The notes under the pieces: model-generated
Seen by the model: the letters and a program-made list of their open reading frames with translations, nothing else
What the model was told of the DNA's origin: nothing
The model's database searches: none
NCBI GenBank assembly: GCA_907165135.1
Contig: OU015569.1
Span: 10,974,001-11,038,000, forward strand
DNA length: 64,000 nt
Direction: 5' to 3'
Origin: Oikopleura dioica
Taxonomy: Eukaryota > Animalia > Chordata
Position numbers and translations under genes: made by a program
Shown: positions 60,400 through 64,000 of the stretch, piece after piece
How the letters are laid out: each line of letters starts with the position of its first letter
Numbering within the stretch: position 1 is the first letter of the stretch

Positions 60400-63300
60400 T
60401 TGCTTATCTCGAGCGAGCAAAAACTGAGATAAGGCTCGAACTACTGTTAATAACGCGTAACCTACTTTGGAGCGGAAAGAACGGTTTAGAATGGCGGCAA
60501 TTATCCCCACCCCGCGTTTAGTAGAAGCCTGATTGGAAAAAATAGCGCCTGCTGCTTGATTTTCCTTACCTCGGAGTTGCTTACTTTGACGGTGGAGTTC
60601 TCGGACGAGGATGAAGTTATGAACGGTGCGCCGGTTTCTTTGTCTATCAGAAAAGATTGAATTCAAACGATTTAGGGGCTACTGAGACAACAACGATTTC
60701 TACCTTTTGAGATCTTGAAGACTGTCTTGGCAGTGGCGGATTGTCCGTGCTCGGCGATAAAGCTCATCTGGACCTTCTCATTGCTCGCTGGAAGCTTGAT
60801 TCGATTCTGATTCTTGATCGAACTTGGCCGCACCAAGGACTCCTGGCTCATTCCTGCCGCAAAGTTGCATCCCTAAATCCGCTAGAAAAACTATACAAAA
60901 TCTTGAACGAACCTTGAAGCCGCCTGGAATGATCCTGTGCGAAGCTGGACCGTCGAAAATGTGCACAGCGGGTGACATAGCGCCCAATCTACTCGACGGC
61001 CGCGAATGAAATGCGAAATCATCATCTGTCTGGACCTGGACGGAGGAAGATTTACCAGATTTCTCCAACTGCTTCAGATTTCGCGTCGCTTCCTCAAGGG
61101 CCTTCTCGAAGCTACGTTTTTCGCGAACTTCATCTTCCAGCAGGGTCTTGATGTCTGCAATCTGTCTGATTTTCTGGTTGAAAACATGGAAGAGTATTTT
61201 GAAAATAATCAGTAAAAAATATCTCCTAAATCGCTAATGAGCATTTGCGGTTGAAAACAAGGGAAAAAGCATTTTCAATGTCAAAAAAAGTCTGAGTCTT
61301 GAGTCGACCTTGACGAATATAAACAGTTGTCAACCTTTTCCTATGATAGCTTTGAGCCTCAGTTTGCGCCTCATTTTTCTTCTTGAGGGCTCTCTTGAGC
61401 TCTTCCTCGACGTTTTTGTATTTCTCCTCGCGTTCCTCGAGCTTGAACATTCTGTCCTTCATCATCTGCACCTGCAGCGCCTGTTTCTGGGTCTTTTGCT
61501 CTTCCTGTTTCAGAGCAACCTTGACGTTTTCGAGGTCTTCTTCCGTCGCGAGCAGTTTGATTTCCGAGTCGGAAATTTCATCCGAGTTTTTGGACGATTT
61601 CGAACCCTTCTTTGGAACTGGCGTGCATCGTTTCAGCGCATTGATTTCATCCTCCAAAGCCGCTACGATCGACTTCATCTCCAAGTTCTCGTTCTTGAGA
61701 TTCTCAACTGTCTCGGAATCGAACTCGATTCGGGAACTAGAACGCATGATGTCACGGGATTTCTCGATTGCCTCTTCTTCGAGTTTCTTGCGTCGAATAG
61801 ATTCGTCTTCAAGCTTCGTTTTCAGCTCGTCTCGCTCGGCAATAATCGTGGCCATCAACGATGTCTTGTCAGAAGAGTCTCCTGATTTCCGCTAAAAAAT
61901 AATTTTATGAAAAAGATAAAAAGACTTTTAGAGAAAGTTGCCATAAAATTTTGAAAAAGGAATTAACCTTTAGTTCTTCCTCAAGAATTCTGTAGTCCTT
62001 TCTCAGCTCTTCTTCGACAATAATGATGTTCGCAGAAGTCGAGTCAAGTTCGCTAAAGCCCCGTTTTATTTCGGCCATAGAAACTTCCATCTCCGACGTT
62101 TTCTTTTCCTCAATCTCGAATCGCCCGCCAAGTTCCTCGAGTTTGAACATCGAGTCTTCCACGAATCGCTCCAGTTGCTTGTGGATCAAGGCCGTTTTTC
62201 GCAATCGATCGAGTTCATTTTCAAGATCCTCCATCGCCTTGAGCTCGTTGGCGACCTGTCTTCTCATATCCGCCTCATCAGAAATTCCTTGCGCCGATTC
62301 TTGATTCTCGAATTCGGCCACTTTTGCCCTGAGCTGCGTGATTTCCTCTTCCAGATCTGCCCTGCCGCCATCTTTCTCCAACTTCTCCTGGAGTTCGAGC
62401 AACTGGTCGTCGGTCTTCTGCAGGTTGCGATGCAGACCCTTGAGTTTCTTCACCTGTGCAATTTTGCTCTCGAGTGTGTCTTCCAACTCAGCGACTTTTT
62501 TCCTCTCCGCCTCGAGTTCCGCCATCGCATCTTCCAATTCTTGTTGGTGCTTGTCGCAGAGCTCGTCTAAACCACGCTCCAGCTGGGCGGAATGCTCCTG
62601 CTCATTTTCCAACTTTTTGAGCAAAGTTTCGAGCGTCTCTTCAAGCTCGACGATTTCCGACTCTGCCGTCTTCAGCCGGGAAAGGTAGCGCTCATCCTTC
62701 TTGTTTTGCGCTTGTTTTTCCTCGACCAACAACATGGAGAACTTCTTGAGCTTCTCGATCTCTTCCGAAGAGTCTTTCTTCAATTTCTCGTAGTTCCTCG
62801 AAATCCCGTCGTATCGAGTTTTTTCTTCTTCCAGAAGAAGCTTCATTTTTTGCCGGTCAGCCTCTAACAATCATTTTTTTTGTCAAAAAAGCAAATTTTC
62901 TATTTTACCTAAAAGATTTACAAACTCATCAGATTTGTCCATGTATTCTTGATGTTTTCGTTTTTCTTTTCCGAACTCTTCCATCAGCTAAAAATTCGTA
63001 TGAACATCTTTTTTGCCTGAAGAAAAACGGAGTCTCACTTGGTGATGTTTTTGCTCGGTGGAGCACATTTCCCTCTTCAATTTTCGCATCGACTCCTTTT
63101 GGTGCTCAATGATGCTCTTGAGTTGACCAACTGTGTTCCCCGTTTTTTCGTCATCTGAACCAGTTTTACCTTCAACAATCTTTTTCTAGCATTCCGAAGC
63201 AGCGTCAGTGGGAGGGCGATGATTTAGCTTACCTGATGCGTTGATAAATTCATCCCTTTTTAAAGCTTCGCGTGCTGTATTCACTTGGCGCAGCTGTTGC

Positions 63301-63513
63301 TTCAGAATTGTTATTGCTTGGTCCCTTAATAAAATCGACTTGGACAGTGTTCTTCTCAAGAAAAACTCAAGAATAAAACAAGGATGAGTACCTAGCTTGT
63401 AGTTCTCCTTCGAAGACGGAGCATAGTCTTAAAAGCTCATCGTGTGTAAGTTTTCTCTGTTTCCCCTTTTGCTTCTTTTCTGACTTGACTGGATCAACAC
63501 TTGACTCGGACAT
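60400..63513 (-). CDS. FILIP1/FILIP1L-like coiled-coil protein (CortBP2 domain)
   Basis: LTHDELLRLCSVFEGELQARDQAITILK; EKRKHQEYMDKSDEFVNLLEADRQKMK...EEIEKLKKFSMLLVEE; long coiled coil; VQVQTD. Confidence 0.85.
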
Positions 63514-64000
63514 TTCTTCCCCCCTAAATTTTCCAAGTTTCTTCGCTCTTCTCTGTGATTTTTATGAGTTAATTAGCTGCTGGAATTATCAATTCAATTT
63601 TTCATTTGTGAATTTTTTTTTTGGGAATGTGAAATTTTGAATTTTTGTCAAGAGCTGCGCCCGTGTCAGCTGCGCGCTGCAGGTAGTTTCTGCCATTTTG
63701 CCATAAGAGAAGAGTTACTCATCCTGCGCTACCTCCCCCACCTCAACCAAGGAGCTCGCGCTCTGTTCAGAGTTCAGCCCTTTTTTCAACTAATCTGCAT
63801 TTTGAATTGAATAGAAATGTTACTTACTAATTGAATAATGATCGAAGGATACTTTTAAGCAGGTAAAATAAGGGGGTGACTCTGTTAACTAATGTTGAAG
63901 TTACAACCCGAAAATTGGGTTCAAATTGTCTGACCCCAATATTAATGAAATGATTTTTTCTTTGTTGATGAAGCTCGAATAATTTTTGTTAAAAACGCTG

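Overview
Compact, gene-dense eukaryotic DNA, not prokaryotic. Introns of about 40-100 nt, frequent GA-AG and GC-AG splice sites, and closely spaced co-oriented genes with acceptor-like AG just before the ATG point to an Oikopleura-like larvacean tunicate (inference). About 20 intron-containing genes were reconstructed by hand. They include WDR44, DDX54, NDUFS6, a DnaJ protein, a nicotinic receptor subunit, a type-B carboxylesterase, a DEG/ENaC channel, a FILIP1-like coiled-coil protein and several orphans. At least five kinds of non-autonomous palindromic or TIR elements are also present. The top candidate for an undescribed system is a giant protein of roughly 2300 aa on the minus strand (6783-14942). 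It has three Ig-like repeats, four tandem creatine-kinase-type domains with intact catalytic motifs, a titin/obscurin-type I-set Ig domain and a charged tail. Other notable observations are an RBM7-like RRM fused to a half Vasa-like helicase with a DEAE motif, a stand-alone TAZ2-like zinc-finger protein, and an intron in that TAZ gene made almost entirely of a palindromic mobile element. Exon boundaries were inferred by eye; no database searches were run.
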